This document shows positions 19,690-28,872 of a DNA stretch of 64,000 nt, in pieces (position 1 is the first letter of the stretch; every line of letters begins with the position of its first letter). The translations under genes and the position numbers were made by a program. Source of the DNA: Anaerolineae bacterium (GTDB lineage: Bacteria > Chloroflexota > Anaerolineae > Aggregatilineales > J027); assembly GCA_008933735.1 (NCBI GenBank), contig WBUL01000005.1:183754-247753 (forward strand), written 5' to 3'. The notes under the pieces are model-generated. The model was not told where the DNA came from, made no database searches, and was given only the letters and a program-made list of their open reading frames with translations.

Positions 19690-20373
19690 GTGCGAATACT
19701 TCTCGTAGAAGACGAAGAGGGGATTGGAAAGTTTATCTGCCAGGGACTCCGTGAAGCCGGCCACCGAGTCGATTGGGCTAAGGATGGCGAGAAAGGGTTC
19801 GATTATGCGCTTGACGCGGAGTATGACGTGATCGTGTTAGACCTTATGCTGCCCAAAATGGATGGACTTCAACTGCTGCAAGAACTCCGGCAGCGCGCAG
19901 TTAAGACCCCCATTCTCGTCTTAACGGCTCGTGATGCCGTTGAAGATCGGGTGAAAGGTCTGAATACCGGCGCAGATGATTATCTCACCAAGCCGTTCGA
20001 CTTTTCTGAACTGCTGGCGCGGATTAATGCGCTACTCCGCCGCCCGCCGCTTCAGACTACGAATATTCTGCAAGTCGCCGATTTGGAAATGGATACCACG
20101 AGGCGAATTGTGCGACGTGGGGGACAGATTTTGGAGTTAAGCCAGCGTGAGTTCATGTTATTGGAATATCTGATGCGAAACGCCGGGCATGTACTGACGC
20201 GAACTCAAATTGGTGAGCGTGTGTGGGGCTTTGACTTCTACAACGAATCCAACGCGGTAGACGTTTACATAGGCTATCTGCGGCGAAAAGTTGATAAAAA
20301 CGCCGCGATTCCGCTCATCAAAACTATTCGAGGGGTAGGTTTTTGCCTGAGCGGTGATGAAAATGATGACTAA
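19690..20373 (+). CDS. OmpR-family response regulator
   Basis: Receiver domain RILLVEDEE ... VIVLDLMLPKMDG ... LTARD ... K. Winged-helix C-terminus ...TIRGVGF. GTG 19690 with a GGAG upstream is preferred over ATG 19618. Confidence 0.9.
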   Translation: MRILLVEDEEGIGKFICQGLREAGHRVDWAKDGEKGFDYALDAEYDVIVLDLMLPKMDGLQLLQELRQRAVKTPILVLTARDAVEDRVKGLNTGADDYLTKPFDFSELLARINALLRRPPLQTTNILQVADLEMDTTRRIVRRGGQILELSQREFMLLEYLMRNAGHVLTRTQIGERVWGFDFYNESNAVDVYIGYLRRKVDKNAAIPLIKTIRGVGFCLSGDENDD

Positions 20374-21754
20374 ACTTGCCACTATTCGACTGCGCCTGAC
20401 CCTGTGGTACACGTTTTTCCTGGCTCTAACCGTATTGGGCTTTAGTTTTTATCTTCACTTTGAACTACAAGATAGTTTGTCTATACAGATAGACGAAGGG
20501 CTTCAAGTTGCTGCTTCTCATCTGCTTGTGGATGTGAACGATACTGTAAATCCCCCTGCTCTGCATCCCATGTCTGACCAGGCTGAAGATTATTTGGTGC
20601 AGTCCAGTTTTGCTCTGAGATTAGTCGAGGCAGACGGGACAGTTGCCGCTGATGTGGGCGGGTTCCCCTCCTTAGCGTTCTCGCCACCTGCTGCGGCCAG
20701 CTTCGAAACCGTCGTTATCAACAACATACCCTGGCGTATTTACACGCAGCAGATTGAAACGCAGACAACACGGTTTGATGTCTGGTTGCAAATGGGGCAA
20801 TCGCTCAATATCGTCCAGGATACGCAGAGCAACTTGTTGAGGCTCATTCTGTTTGGTCTGCCCGTGACTCTCATCATTGCGACGTTGGGCGGCATTTTCA
20901 CAGCAAATCGGGCGCTGCATCCGGTGGATACCATTACACGCACCGTCCAATCCATCAACGCAACCGATATGTCTAAGCGTATCCTTTATCACGGTCCAAA
21001 CGATGAGTTGGGGCGCTTGACCGAAACCCTCAATTCGATGCTGGATCGAATTCAGTCAGCGTTTGATGCTGAAAGACGTTTCACCGCCGATGCTTCTCAT
21101 GAATTACGCACACCGCTCACGGCGATCAAGGGGCAGGTTGATGTTACCCTTACTCGAAAGCGCACGCCAGACGAGTATGAGAAAGCATTCCATCATATTC
21201 AACGTGAGACAGATCGCCTGATTCGTTTGGCAAACGATTTGCTGTTCCTGGCACGCTTAGACAGTACCCCACAGCGTTGGAAAGCTGAACAGGTCAACTT
21301 GAGCGACCTGTTGGAAGCGGTTGTCGAGCAGGTAAGGGTGGTAGCCGAAGACAAGTCCATCCACCTGACTGCTGATATCCCACCGCATGTATTTGTGCAA
21401 GGCATCGCTGACCATTTAATACGACTTTTTCTCAACCTCATGGATAACGCGGTCAAGTTTACCCCCATAGGCGGGAATATCTCGATAACCGTTAACCAAT
21501 TGCCAACTGAGGTTCAGGTTCGGGTAAAAGATAATGGTCCTGGCATCGCACCTGAGCATGTGCCGCATCTATTTGAACGGTTTTACCGCGTAGAAAATGA
21601 TCGGACCTACAAGGGTGGAGGTGCCGGGCTTGGTCTGGCAATTGCCGATCAAATCGCGCGAGGACATGAAGGCGCGATTAGCGTAGACAGCATCCCCACC
21701 AAGGGAACTTCCTTCATCGTTCGTTTGCCCCTGTCACTCACGCCTGAAAAATAA
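20354..21754 (+). CDS. Sensor histidine kinase (two TM helices, periplasmic loop, HAMP, HisKA, HATPase_c)
   Basis: H-box ADASHELRTPLT, N-box NLMDNAVKFT, G1 DNGPGI and G2 GGAGLGLAI. Overlaps the regulator gene by 20 nt. Confidence 0.9.
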   Translation: MMKMMTKLATIRLRLTLWYTFFLALTVLGFSFYLHFELQDSLSIQIDEGLQVAASHLLVDVNDTVNPPALHPMSDQAEDYLVQSSFALRLVEADGTVAADVGGFPSLAFSPPAAASFETVVINNIPWRIYTQQIETQTTRFDVWLQMGQSLNIVQDTQSNLLRLILFGLPVTLIIATLGGIFTANRALHPVDTITRTVQSINATDMSKRILYHGPNDELGRLTETLNSMLDRIQSAFDAERRFTADASHELRTPLTAIKGQVDVTLTRKRTPDEYEKAFHHIQRETDRLIRLANDLLFLARLDSTPQRWKAEQVNLSDLLEAVVEQVRVVAEDKSIHLTADIPPHVFVQGIADHLIRLFLNLMDNAVKFTPIGGNISITVNQLPTEVQVRVKDNGPGIAPEHVPHLFERFYRVENDRTYKGGGAGLGLAIADQIARGHEGAISVDSIPTKGTSFIVRLPLSLTPEK

Positions 21755-22081
21755 GAACGTTCTTAGGGTTATCTTATCCTTTCCACAATCTTCTCCGATA
21801 AGCTCAAGCATAGTCTGAGGGATGAAGACTGTTGGTTTTGTGTGCCTTTTTTCAGCCTAACGAATAGCAACCGGGAGGAGGAGATAGATTATACAGTCCA
21901 TCGTCATCAAAGTGACGTATAAGCATTTTCCTGACTACTCCTCGAATCCATTCACATTCAACAGCCTGAACAACGGCTTAAAAGCAAAACTTTTATCTTC
22001 GTCTGAAGAACTGTCAAACGATAGAACCTACCGATTCTTGGACAGCCTATAGATGGCTGTTCGGGTCATGGGAGTTTTTCA

Positions 22082-22396
22082 GTGCCTGAGTTCAGCCTTA
22101 AGGTGCCGCTCACGCTTGTCCTGCTCAGTGCGGCACTGTGGACATTTGGAATCGCTTACTGGCGGCCCACATCGCTTCACCAGAACCGTGTAAAGCGTTT
22201 GTTTACAACGATTCTTGAAGGATTAGTTTGTGCTGGAATATGGAGTGCAGTTCTCCTGCTTGGTGAAAGGCTGTCAACAGGAGCAGCCTTAATTAACGGA
22301 TGTCTTGCTGGGTTGGCATGGACAATCACAGCGTTTTACAGCCGGAGCCGATACAAAACTACCCTCCAGCAATCCCTGGAGTCCGAGGAGGGTTAG
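22082..22396 (+). CDS. Small membrane protein (3-4 TM helices), hypothetical
   Basis: GTG start with a GGGAG upstream. Hydrophobic segments are visible. The stop abuts the next start (TAGATG). Confidence 0.4.
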   Translation: MPEFSLKVPLTLVLLSAALWTFGIAYWRPTSLHQNRVKRLFTTILEGLVCAGIWSAVLLLGERLSTGAALINGCLAGLAWTITAFYSRSRYKTTLQQSLESEEG

Positions 22397-22885
22397 ATGC
22401 GATTATCTTCAGTTATTTTTATGGTATTGGAAGCATATTTGCTCGCTTTCCTCACCCTCAAAACGTATGTGGTCTTAACGGCGGTTCCTGGGCTGCCAAA
22501 CACAATTCTGGAAATATTCCTAAACTGCGTCAGTTTCTATATCCATCTCAACCTGTTGCTGAGGCGATTATGGGCATGGTGGGTCGTTTTCGCGCTCAAC
22601 GTCATGGGTTTGGCGCTGGCATTTTCGCTGCTCATATCACGCGGCGAACCGTTTCCCTGGGGAATGGTGCTTGAAAGCGCTTTTATGCTTGTGCTGCTTT
22701 ACGCTAATCGCCATATGTATCTTAAGCCGCTGCGATCCAGACCTTTCGCAATATCTACAAGTTCCAGAAAAACATTGGAACCGCATTATGGCGGCTTCGG
22801 CCCATCCCATACCCTCAAAAGTAGTGAAGTGAATCATCCCCTTCATAATGGGAACCAACCGGATAACGAGGAGATGCCTACATGA
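22397..22885 (+). CDS. Membrane protein (about 4 TM helices), hypothetical
   Basis: 162 aa, hydrophobic N-terminal two thirds. The stop overlaps the antiporter start (ATGA). Confidence 0.45.
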   Translation: MRLSSVIFMVLEAYLLAFLTLKTYVVLTAVPGLPNTILEIFLNCVSFYIHLNLLLRRLWAWWVVFALNVMGLALAFSLLISRGEPFPWGMVLESAFMLVLLYANRHMYLKPLRSRPFAISTSSRKTLEPHYGGFGPSHTLKSSEVNHPLHNGNQPDNEEMPT

Positions 22886-24141
22886 CAGAAACCGTACAAT
22901 TCTTTCTTGCGCTGGGAGTCACAATCGGTTTTGCGAAGCTGATGGGCTATCTCACGTATCGGCTGCAACAACCAGCAGTGTTGGGGGAACTCCTGGCGGG
23001 TGTGATCATCGGTCCCACCGTGATCAATCTTCTCGGTATGCCCGCATTGTTTCCAGACGGGCACAGCGTCGAACACACCTTGATTGAAGTCGCCGAAGTG
23101 GGTGTCCTGCTGCTGATGTTCATGGCGGGAATGGAAGTTGATCTCGATAGTATGTTGAAAGTCGGACGACCTGCCTTGCTTGCGGGGCTGCTCGGTGTTT
23201 TCGTTCCGTTGGTAGTCATTACCCCTGTCGTCATGCTGTTCAGTTACCCCTTTGAAAAGGCACTATTCGTGGGCATTCTGTTAGCTTCGATGAGCACGAG
23301 CATCAGCGCCCAGGTCATGTTGGAATTGGGCGTTTTGAAACGACGAGAAGGTTTGACACTACTGGGTGCGGCGCTCGTAGATGATGCCATAGTTATTCTT
23401 CTGCTTTCTCTTTTCCTTGCCATCAATCCGGGTGGAATCGTCGCTGTTGCTGAAAGCCGGTCAGTAGTTGAAGTGCTGCTGCGGATTGCTGGCTTTCTGG
23501 TCGTTGGATTTTCGATAAGCTGGGTGGCGCTTCCTCGCCTGGCGAACTTGATTAATCGTCTCCCAATTGCCGAAGGAACGCTGATGTTTGCGATTGTCGC
23601 AACGCTGCTTCTCAGCTTCGCGGCGGAGTTTTTTGGCGGTATAGCAGGTATCACGGGCGCTTTCATTGCCGGGGTATGCATCAGTCGTGCGCGACGGGGT
23701 GTCGTTGAAAAAATAGAGCGCGGCATTCACGGGGTCAATTATGGTTTGTTAGTGCCACTGTTTTTTGTGAGCATTGGGCTTAGAGCGAACCTGCGTCTGC
23801 TGACAGCAGACATTTTACCTTTCGCCTTGACCATGACCATTCTGGCAATTCTCACCAAAATCGTAGGGGCAGGCGGTGGAAGTAAGCTGGGTGGTTTCGA
23901 TTGGAGAAGTGCTTCTCGTGTCGGACTAGGCATGATCAGCCGCGGTGAGGTAGGCTTAATTATTGCATCAATTGGTGTGGGTTTCGGAATTTTGCAGGCG
24001 GAAGTTTTCACAACGGCTGTATTTGTCGTTCTCGTGACCACGATTATCACGCCGCCTCTTGTGCGTTGGTCGTTCCGCGAGAGTACAACTCCTGCCACAC
24101 CAAACATTGAAGCTGCGCAGCAGGTTGGTCAAGAAGGATAG
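22882..24141 (+). CDS. Cation:proton antiporter (CPA2 family, transmembrane domain only)
   Basis: 419 aa polytopic protein. The N-terminus LALGVTIGFAKLMGYLTYRLQQPAVLGELLAGVIIGP is typical of Na_H_Exchanger family proteins. GAGGAG SD. Confidence 0.85.
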   Translation: MTETVQFFLALGVTIGFAKLMGYLTYRLQQPAVLGELLAGVIIGPTVINLLGMPALFPDGHSVEHTLIEVAEVGVLLLMFMAGMEVDLDSMLKVGRPALLAGLLGVFVPLVVITPVVMLFSYPFEKALFVGILLASMSTSISAQVMLELGVLKRREGLTLLGAALVDDAIVILLLSLFLAINPGGIVAVAESRSVVEVLLRIAGFLVVGFSISWVALPRLANLINRLPIAEGTLMFAIVATLLLSFAAEFFGGIAGITGAFIAGVCISRARRGVVEKIERGIHGVNYGLLVPLFFVSIGLRANLRLLTADILPFALTMTILAILTKIVGAGGGSKLGGFDWRSASRVGLGMISRGEVGLIIASIGVGFGILQAEVFTTAVFVVLVTTIITPPLVRWSFRESTTPATPNIEAAQQVGQEG

Positions 24142-24146
24142 CTAAA

Positions 24147-24503
24147 ATGTACATGATTATGTTTGTTTCAAAAGATGTCGAACAAGCATCCGAGATGCTG
24201 GATGTGTGGGTGAAAGCCGGCGTTGCGGGCGTTACCATCCTCGAAAGTGCAGGGATGCAGCAGGCGATGGGAAGTGGAATTCGGGCAGATGTGGGGATCG
24301 TTTTTTCTCTCAAAACGATGCTGCGAGCGCAGGAAATTCACCATCGCACGCTTTTTTCAGCCATCAAAGATGAGGAAACACTCAATCGCGTGATTGAAGC
24401 CTCCACCAAACAGGTGGGGGACTGGACACGGCCTGATGTAGGCGTGTTGTTCGTCTGGCCGTTAACGCAAGCGTATGGGTTGGACAAAAAGCTAAATTCA
24501 TAG
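24147..24503 (+). CDS. P-II-like (ferredoxin-like beta-alpha-beta x2) small protein, hypothetical
   Basis: 118 aa starting 5 nt after the antiporter stop. The hydrophobic/amphipathic pattern is YMIMFVS - EQASEMLDVWVKAG - GVTILESAGM - long Gly/charged loop - RTLFSAIKD - ETLNRVIEAS - GVLFVWPL. This matches a P-II-type fold with a T-loop-like insert. Inference only. Confidence 0.4.
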   Translation: MYMIMFVSKDVEQASEMLDVWVKAGVAGVTILESAGMQQAMGSGIRADVGIVFSLKTMLRAQEIHHRTLFSAIKDEETLNRVIEASTKQVGDWTRPDVGVLFVWPLTQAYGLDKKLNS

Positions 24504-24545
24504 GAAAGATGAATCATCTCGTAAGCAGGCGTTCTGGCGATATTC

Positions 24546-24986
24546 ATGGACACAATTCTGGTTCAAGCGAGTGACTACCCCTGGACAATGGAGGCACTGC
24601 ACCTCGCCTGTGGTTTGGCGCGCCGCCGGGGTACGCACATTACGCTCTTAAGGTTAATTCCGGTCCAACCGCACTGGCTTGGCACTGATTTTGGTTTGGC
24701 TATAGTGTCGTTTCACGAATGGAAAAACTTGAGCGAGTATCACGCGACGGCTGAGGACTATGGTGTAGAGCTTGTCTTTCAACCTATGCAGTACATTAGT
24801 TTTCATGACGCAGTTATTCAAGCCGTGTCGTTTCTGAAAGCTGCTATAGCTTTTGTAGATATACCGTCGAGCAGCTTTTCCTGGTGGGACAGATTTCGGA
24901 TTCGCGGTTTAGAACGGCGATTGGCGAAAGTGAACTGCCACCTCCAGACACTCCATACGATCCCTAGACTAATGCTGCCGTCGTAA
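24546..24986 (+). CDS. Universal-stress-protein-like domain protein (degenerate)
   Basis: 146 aa. ILVQASDYPWTMEALHLACGLARRRGTHITLLRLIP resembles the N-terminal strand-helix-strand of USP domains. Confidence 0.35.
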   Translation: MDTILVQASDYPWTMEALHLACGLARRRGTHITLLRLIPVQPHWLGTDFGLAIVSFHEWKNLSEYHATAEDYGVELVFQPMQYISFHDAVIQAVSFLKAAIAFVDIPSSSFSWWDRFRIRGLERRLAKVNCHLQTLHTIPRLMLPS

Positions 24987-25020
24987 AAATTCCATAAGTT
25001 AGTTCTTCGCGGAGAAGTCT

Positions 25021-25569
25021 ATGGTGTATCGTGGCATTTGCTTGCTTTCAGTGATCGTGCTCACCATGATCCTGGCATCCTGTGATACATCCGATGCGCC
25101 GTTATCGACCAGACCTCTGGAATCGGTTGTTAGCAGAGACCTTCACATTGTAATGGGGCAGACCATCTATGTGCCTGCCTATTCAGAGATTTTCTACGGC
25201 ACCTCGGTGAGAACGGTGCCGCTCGCAGTCACCCTCGCCATACACAACACAGATGTTGACTCGGCGATTATCATTCAAGCGGTTCGATATTATGATACGG
25301 ACGGTAATTTGGTGCGGGAGTACGTCACTGAACCTGTGGAGATTCCGCCATTGGCAACCACTGGATTTATTGTCGAAAGTCAAGATACAAGTGGTGGATG
25401 GGGTGCGAATTTCATTGTCGAATGGGGAGCGGAAGAACCGGTTTATGAACCGATTGTTGAAGCCATTATGATTAGCACAGAAGGAAATGGGGTGTCGATG
25501 ATTAGTCCAGGGCGCATCGTTTCCGAGATCCAAGCAAGCTCGGAGGCATCTGCGACCAGCGCCAATTAG
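25021..25569 (+). CDS. DUF3124 family lipoprotein
   Basis: Lipobox LASC. GQTIYVPAYSEIFYG...LAIHNTD...IIIQAVRYYDTDGNLVREY...PPLATTGFIVESQDTSGGWGANFIVEW matches my memory of DUF3124. Confidence 0.65.
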   Translation: MVYRGICLLSVIVLTMILASCDTSDAPLSTRPLESVVSRDLHIVMGQTIYVPAYSEIFYGTSVRTVPLAVTLAIHNTDVDSAIIIQAVRYYDTDGNLVREYVTEPVEIPPLATTGFIVESQDTSGGWGANFIVEWGAEEPVYEPIVEAIMISTEGNGVSMISPGRIVSEIQASSEASATSAN

Positions 25570-25678
25570 TATCGGACGAGACAAGTCTCAGCATACGGCG
25601 GTAAAAGCCATTTAGCCGATGAGATGCTAATCTAGTTTCGACAAACGAAAATATCCGTCTGTAGATGACATCGCTTCT

Positions 25679-25956
25679 GAACCAGTGTCACAATCGTCAC
25701 AGCTACATATTCAGTCTGTTGATGCGTGCTACGGATACCCTGTGTGATTCTGTATTTTGTAGCCTGAATGCGGTTCTGTGACTGGTTCGCTGGTTCATCT
25801 GTGACAGTGATGATTGTAGAGTCTGCTGTAGGAAAAAGAGAGTGCCTCTCTCAAGTGAACCAGTGTCACACCTGAAACAGGCACTTCTATGAGCTTTCAC
25901 TGCAATGATTCGCATTGCGATGCTGTCACTGAACTACCGTCACAGTCGTCACAGCC
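25679..25956. repeat. Iteron field (GTCACA core; GAACCAGTGTCACA and CGTCACAG units) - candidate replication origin
   Basis: GAACCAGTGTCACA at 25679-25692 and 25857-25870. CGTCACAG at 25695-25702, 25938-25945 and 25947-25954. Inverted copies CTGTGAC at 25776-25782 and 25799-25805, next to GGTTC (the complement of GAACC). A variant GTCACT at 25925-25930. Confidence 0.6.
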
Positions 25957-28854
25957 CAGAAAATCGGCCTTCAACTGCCACAAACGGGTAGGTATCCCCC
26001 GGATGCGGCGCTGCACGGTCAGGTTGTTTGTGCCGGGGATCAACCAGCCATCTTCCTTCAACTGCGCGCCAATCGCAGGTGTATTGAACTTGAGAGGTTG
26101 CACCCGCAGGACAGCGCGGTGAGCGACATCGGGCAGCAGATACACATAGCGCTCGTCCAGATAACCGACGATGGTGGTTCCCGGGCGTGGTTCTTCAGGT
26201 TCACGCATATCTCGTGCCAGCATGAGTTCGCCACTGGCAAGTAGCTGACCCAGCGTGTCAATGAATACCTGCCCGGCACGTTCCTGCTGCACCGCTTTGA
26301 TTGTCTCTACGATGCTATCCTGCCACGAAGGTAATACCTCGTCGCAGTCCAGTTCCGCCGTAAATCGCCGGAGCATCTGGTAAGTTGTGACCAGCACCGC
26401 CCAGTTCTGCACCATGCGTCCAGTGTTCGCCTGTCGTCCCAACTTGCTTGTGAGGCTGTCTCGGTAGCCCTTTACATTCGACTCAAAACGGCTTGCCAGT
26501 TCCTTCGCCAGTGTTCCCTCATCCGCCTGCGCCGCAATCCACTGGATAAATTTCGCGGTGAAACCGGGGAGTTGGTCGCGCACCGCTTCCAGTTTCGCCA
26601 GCGCCGCCCCACCCGGATCGCGCTTCTCCCAGGGTGGAATTTCCAGCACCAACATGCGCGACAGGATTGAGACTTCCCCCTCAAGCGTGGTTTCGCCAGT
26701 GGACAGTAGCAGTCCCCGACAGGGGCGCTCGTGTCGCAGTTTGGTTTCGCGGGTTAGCCTGCCACGCCCCATCCCACGCGAATAGCTCTGTAAAAAACGG
26801 GTGAAAGTGCGCTCGTCGGCATAGATGGTTTTGTAATCATCAACCCAATACAAGGTATCTGCCAGCGCATAGCCCAGCGCCTCGACAGTGTTGATGGTAT
26901 CGCCCCACTGACCCGGTGGCGTGTCGCGGGTGAACTTCCCGTAGAAACTGGTCAACAGTGAGGCGATTTCCGACTTGCCGCTCCCTGATGTCCCGACCAG
27001 ATGCATTGCAGGACGAGTTGCGGCGGCGGGAAAGAAGCGCTGCACGACGGGGAGCATAGCGAACGCGATGAGCGACGATGCAAGGTGATTGGGAAGTGTG
27101 GCGATGGCTGCCTTAAACGCTTCCAGGCTCTCTTGCCAGCCCGCGCCGCACAAGCGGTAGTCGCGCAGGCGGGTTTCAAGCTCGACCTCTGGTGGTTCGA
27201 TGATCTGTCCATCCGCATGGACGCTCATTTCCGGTGAAACATACACCCATTTGCCATTAATCTCCGTCCAGCCCATAAAGCGGTAGGTTTTGCGACGTGG
27301 GTATGTACCTGACAATGCCAGAATCGCGGGAGCAAGGTGACGGATCATCCCGGCGCGGACGGTGAAGTTTTCCCCCGCGTGTCCAGCGATAAAACGCTGC
27401 AAGGCGTTGGGATCACCAAACAGTTCACTCGGCACATGCAGCGTCAGCGTTTCCTCGCCACAGGTCAGTTCCAGCACCGTCAGATGTTCGACCTGCCCAT
27501 CATCGTCCATACGAGAAGTACGCTCCAGTATCCACCCAACCCATCCCGCGACGGTCTGGCGGCTTGTACCGCGCTCAGTCTGTTTTTCAAACACCATACA
27601 CCCATCGGCGATGAGATACTGTTCTGTCGCGGATGCGGCAGCAAAGATGGCACGGTCTAATTCGCGCTTCGCCTCTCGATACAGCCGGTCAAGGTCAGCG
27701 ATTTTTAGCCCATCGCCGCACAACACCTTGAGGCGCTGGCGTTCGGCTGCCCACTCGACAGGATTGAGGTGAGCGCAGGCAGTCACAGCCTTGCTAATCT
27801 GCTCCATCGTCGGGTGTTCACGTTCTGTCTCTGGCTGACCAAAGCGGCTGACGAGCTGCTCCACCTGCTGGCGTGCCTGTTCTCTGGGTGCGGCGATAGG
27901 TTCACGCGCTAAGCGGCTGAAGGCACTCCTGATCGTTGCCAGTGCCTCGCGTTCACTGCTGCCGCTGGCGAGGTGGCGCGGGATGAGTTCGCGTTCCGCA
28001 TCCGTCTGGCTGTAGCCCGCATCGCGCAGTTGACAGGCTGCCGCGAACAGTTCAGTGTTGCGACTGCCGTTCGCAGCGCCGGATGCCAGATAGCTTTCGG
28101 TGCGGGGTGGCAGTGGGTGGTGTCCGTTTCCATTCAGCGTCACTACCTTCAAGCTATCGAAGCTGGGTTGAGCGGGTTGGCTCTCTAACCAGACGAAAGT
28201 ATTCAGCGGATAACGCCGTTCCGGGTGACTTTCAACTACATTGACCACCACACCGCCGCGCTCTGGCTTGGTATTCACCGAATCCGGCAGACGCATGATG
28301 CCTGCGACAGTTTTGACGTATTCGGGATCACCCCCTAATGCTGCGAACAAGCCGCGCAGAATGCCTGCGATTTTCTGTCTATCCTCATCACCCTGAAGAT
28401 GGAACGGCTGATCCAGCAGCCAGTAACCATGCCAGCCGCCCCCACTGTCCAGGATGAACGATGGCACGGGGTCGAAGTCTCTGAGTCGCGTTAAGTTCTG
28501 GTCGCGCTGATGGGTATTGTTGCCACAATCAACATCGACCCATAATGCCGTAACGAGCGCGGCAGCTTCCGCCTTGCCCTGCTTCAACTTTCGCAAACAG
28601 GGGGCGAAGTACACGCCATACCCCTCGTGATTGAGTGTCTCCGCCTGCTTAAGCGCGGCTGACAGTTCGGCCTTCTTGCCCATCCGTCCCCAGAGTGAAC
28701 GCACCTCGCCGGTGGTTGGGTGAATGCAGCGCAGTTCGAGGTAGAGGTTATCCGGGCTTCCTTTATAGAGCGCATTCAGAAATTCGCGTCTCCCAAGATC
28801 GGGCGTGTCTAAGGTATCTGTCTTGTTCACAGTTCCATTCTGTGTCATACTCAT
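25897..28854 (-). CDS. Replication protein: AEP/RepB'-type primase(-polymerase) fused to a P-loop (DUF927/SF3-like) helicase
   Basis: 985 aa. N-terminal YGVYFAPC...ALWVDVDCG...ILDSGGGWHGYWLL...RLPDSVNTK (primase catalytic motifs). Central Walker A VGTSGSGKSE and Walker B-like YWVDDY. Confidence 0.8.
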   Translation of the reverse strand: MSMTQNGTVNKTDTLDTPDLGRREFLNALYKGSPDNLYLELRCIHPTTGEVRSLWGRMGKKAELSAALKQAETLNHEGYGVYFAPCLRKLKQGKAEAAALVTALWVDVDCGNNTHQRDQNLTRLRDFDPVPSFILDSGGGWHGYWLLDQPFHLQGDEDRQKIAGILRGLFAALGGDPEYVKTVAGIMRLPDSVNTKPERGGVVVNVVESHPERRYPLNTFVWLESQPAQPSFDSLKVVTLNGNGHHPLPPRTESYLASGAANGSRNTELFAAACQLRDAGYSQTDAERELIPRHLASGSSEREALATIRSAFSRLAREPIAAPREQARQQVEQLVSRFGQPETEREHPTMEQISKAVTACAHLNPVEWAAERQRLKVLCGDGLKIADLDRLYREAKRELDRAIFAAASATEQYLIADGCMVFEKQTERGTSRQTVAGWVGWILERTSRMDDDGQVEHLTVLELTCGEETLTLHVPSELFGDPNALQRFIAGHAGENFTVRAGMIRHLAPAILALSGTYPRRKTYRFMGWTEINGKWVYVSPEMSVHADGQIIEPPEVELETRLRDYRLCGAGWQESLEAFKAAIATLPNHLASSLIAFAMLPVVQRFFPAAATRPAMHLVGTSGSGKSEIASLLTSFYGKFTRDTPPGQWGDTINTVEALGYALADTLYWVDDYKTIYADERTFTRFLQSYSRGMGRGRLTRETKLRHERPCRGLLLSTGETTLEGEVSILSRMLVLEIPPWEKRDPGGAALAKLEAVRDQLPGFTAKFIQWIAAQADEGTLAKELASRFESNVKGYRDSLTSKLGRQANTGRMVQNWAVLVTTYQMLRRFTAELDCDEVLPSWQDSIVETIKAVQQERAGQVFIDTLGQLLASGELMLARDMREPEEPRPGTTIVGYLDERYVYLLPDVAHRAVLRVQPLKFNTPAIGAQLKEDGWLIPGTNNLTVQRRIRGIPTRLWQLKADFLGCDDCDGSSVTASQCESLQ

Positions 28855-28872
28855 CGTATTCCTTTAGATGGT

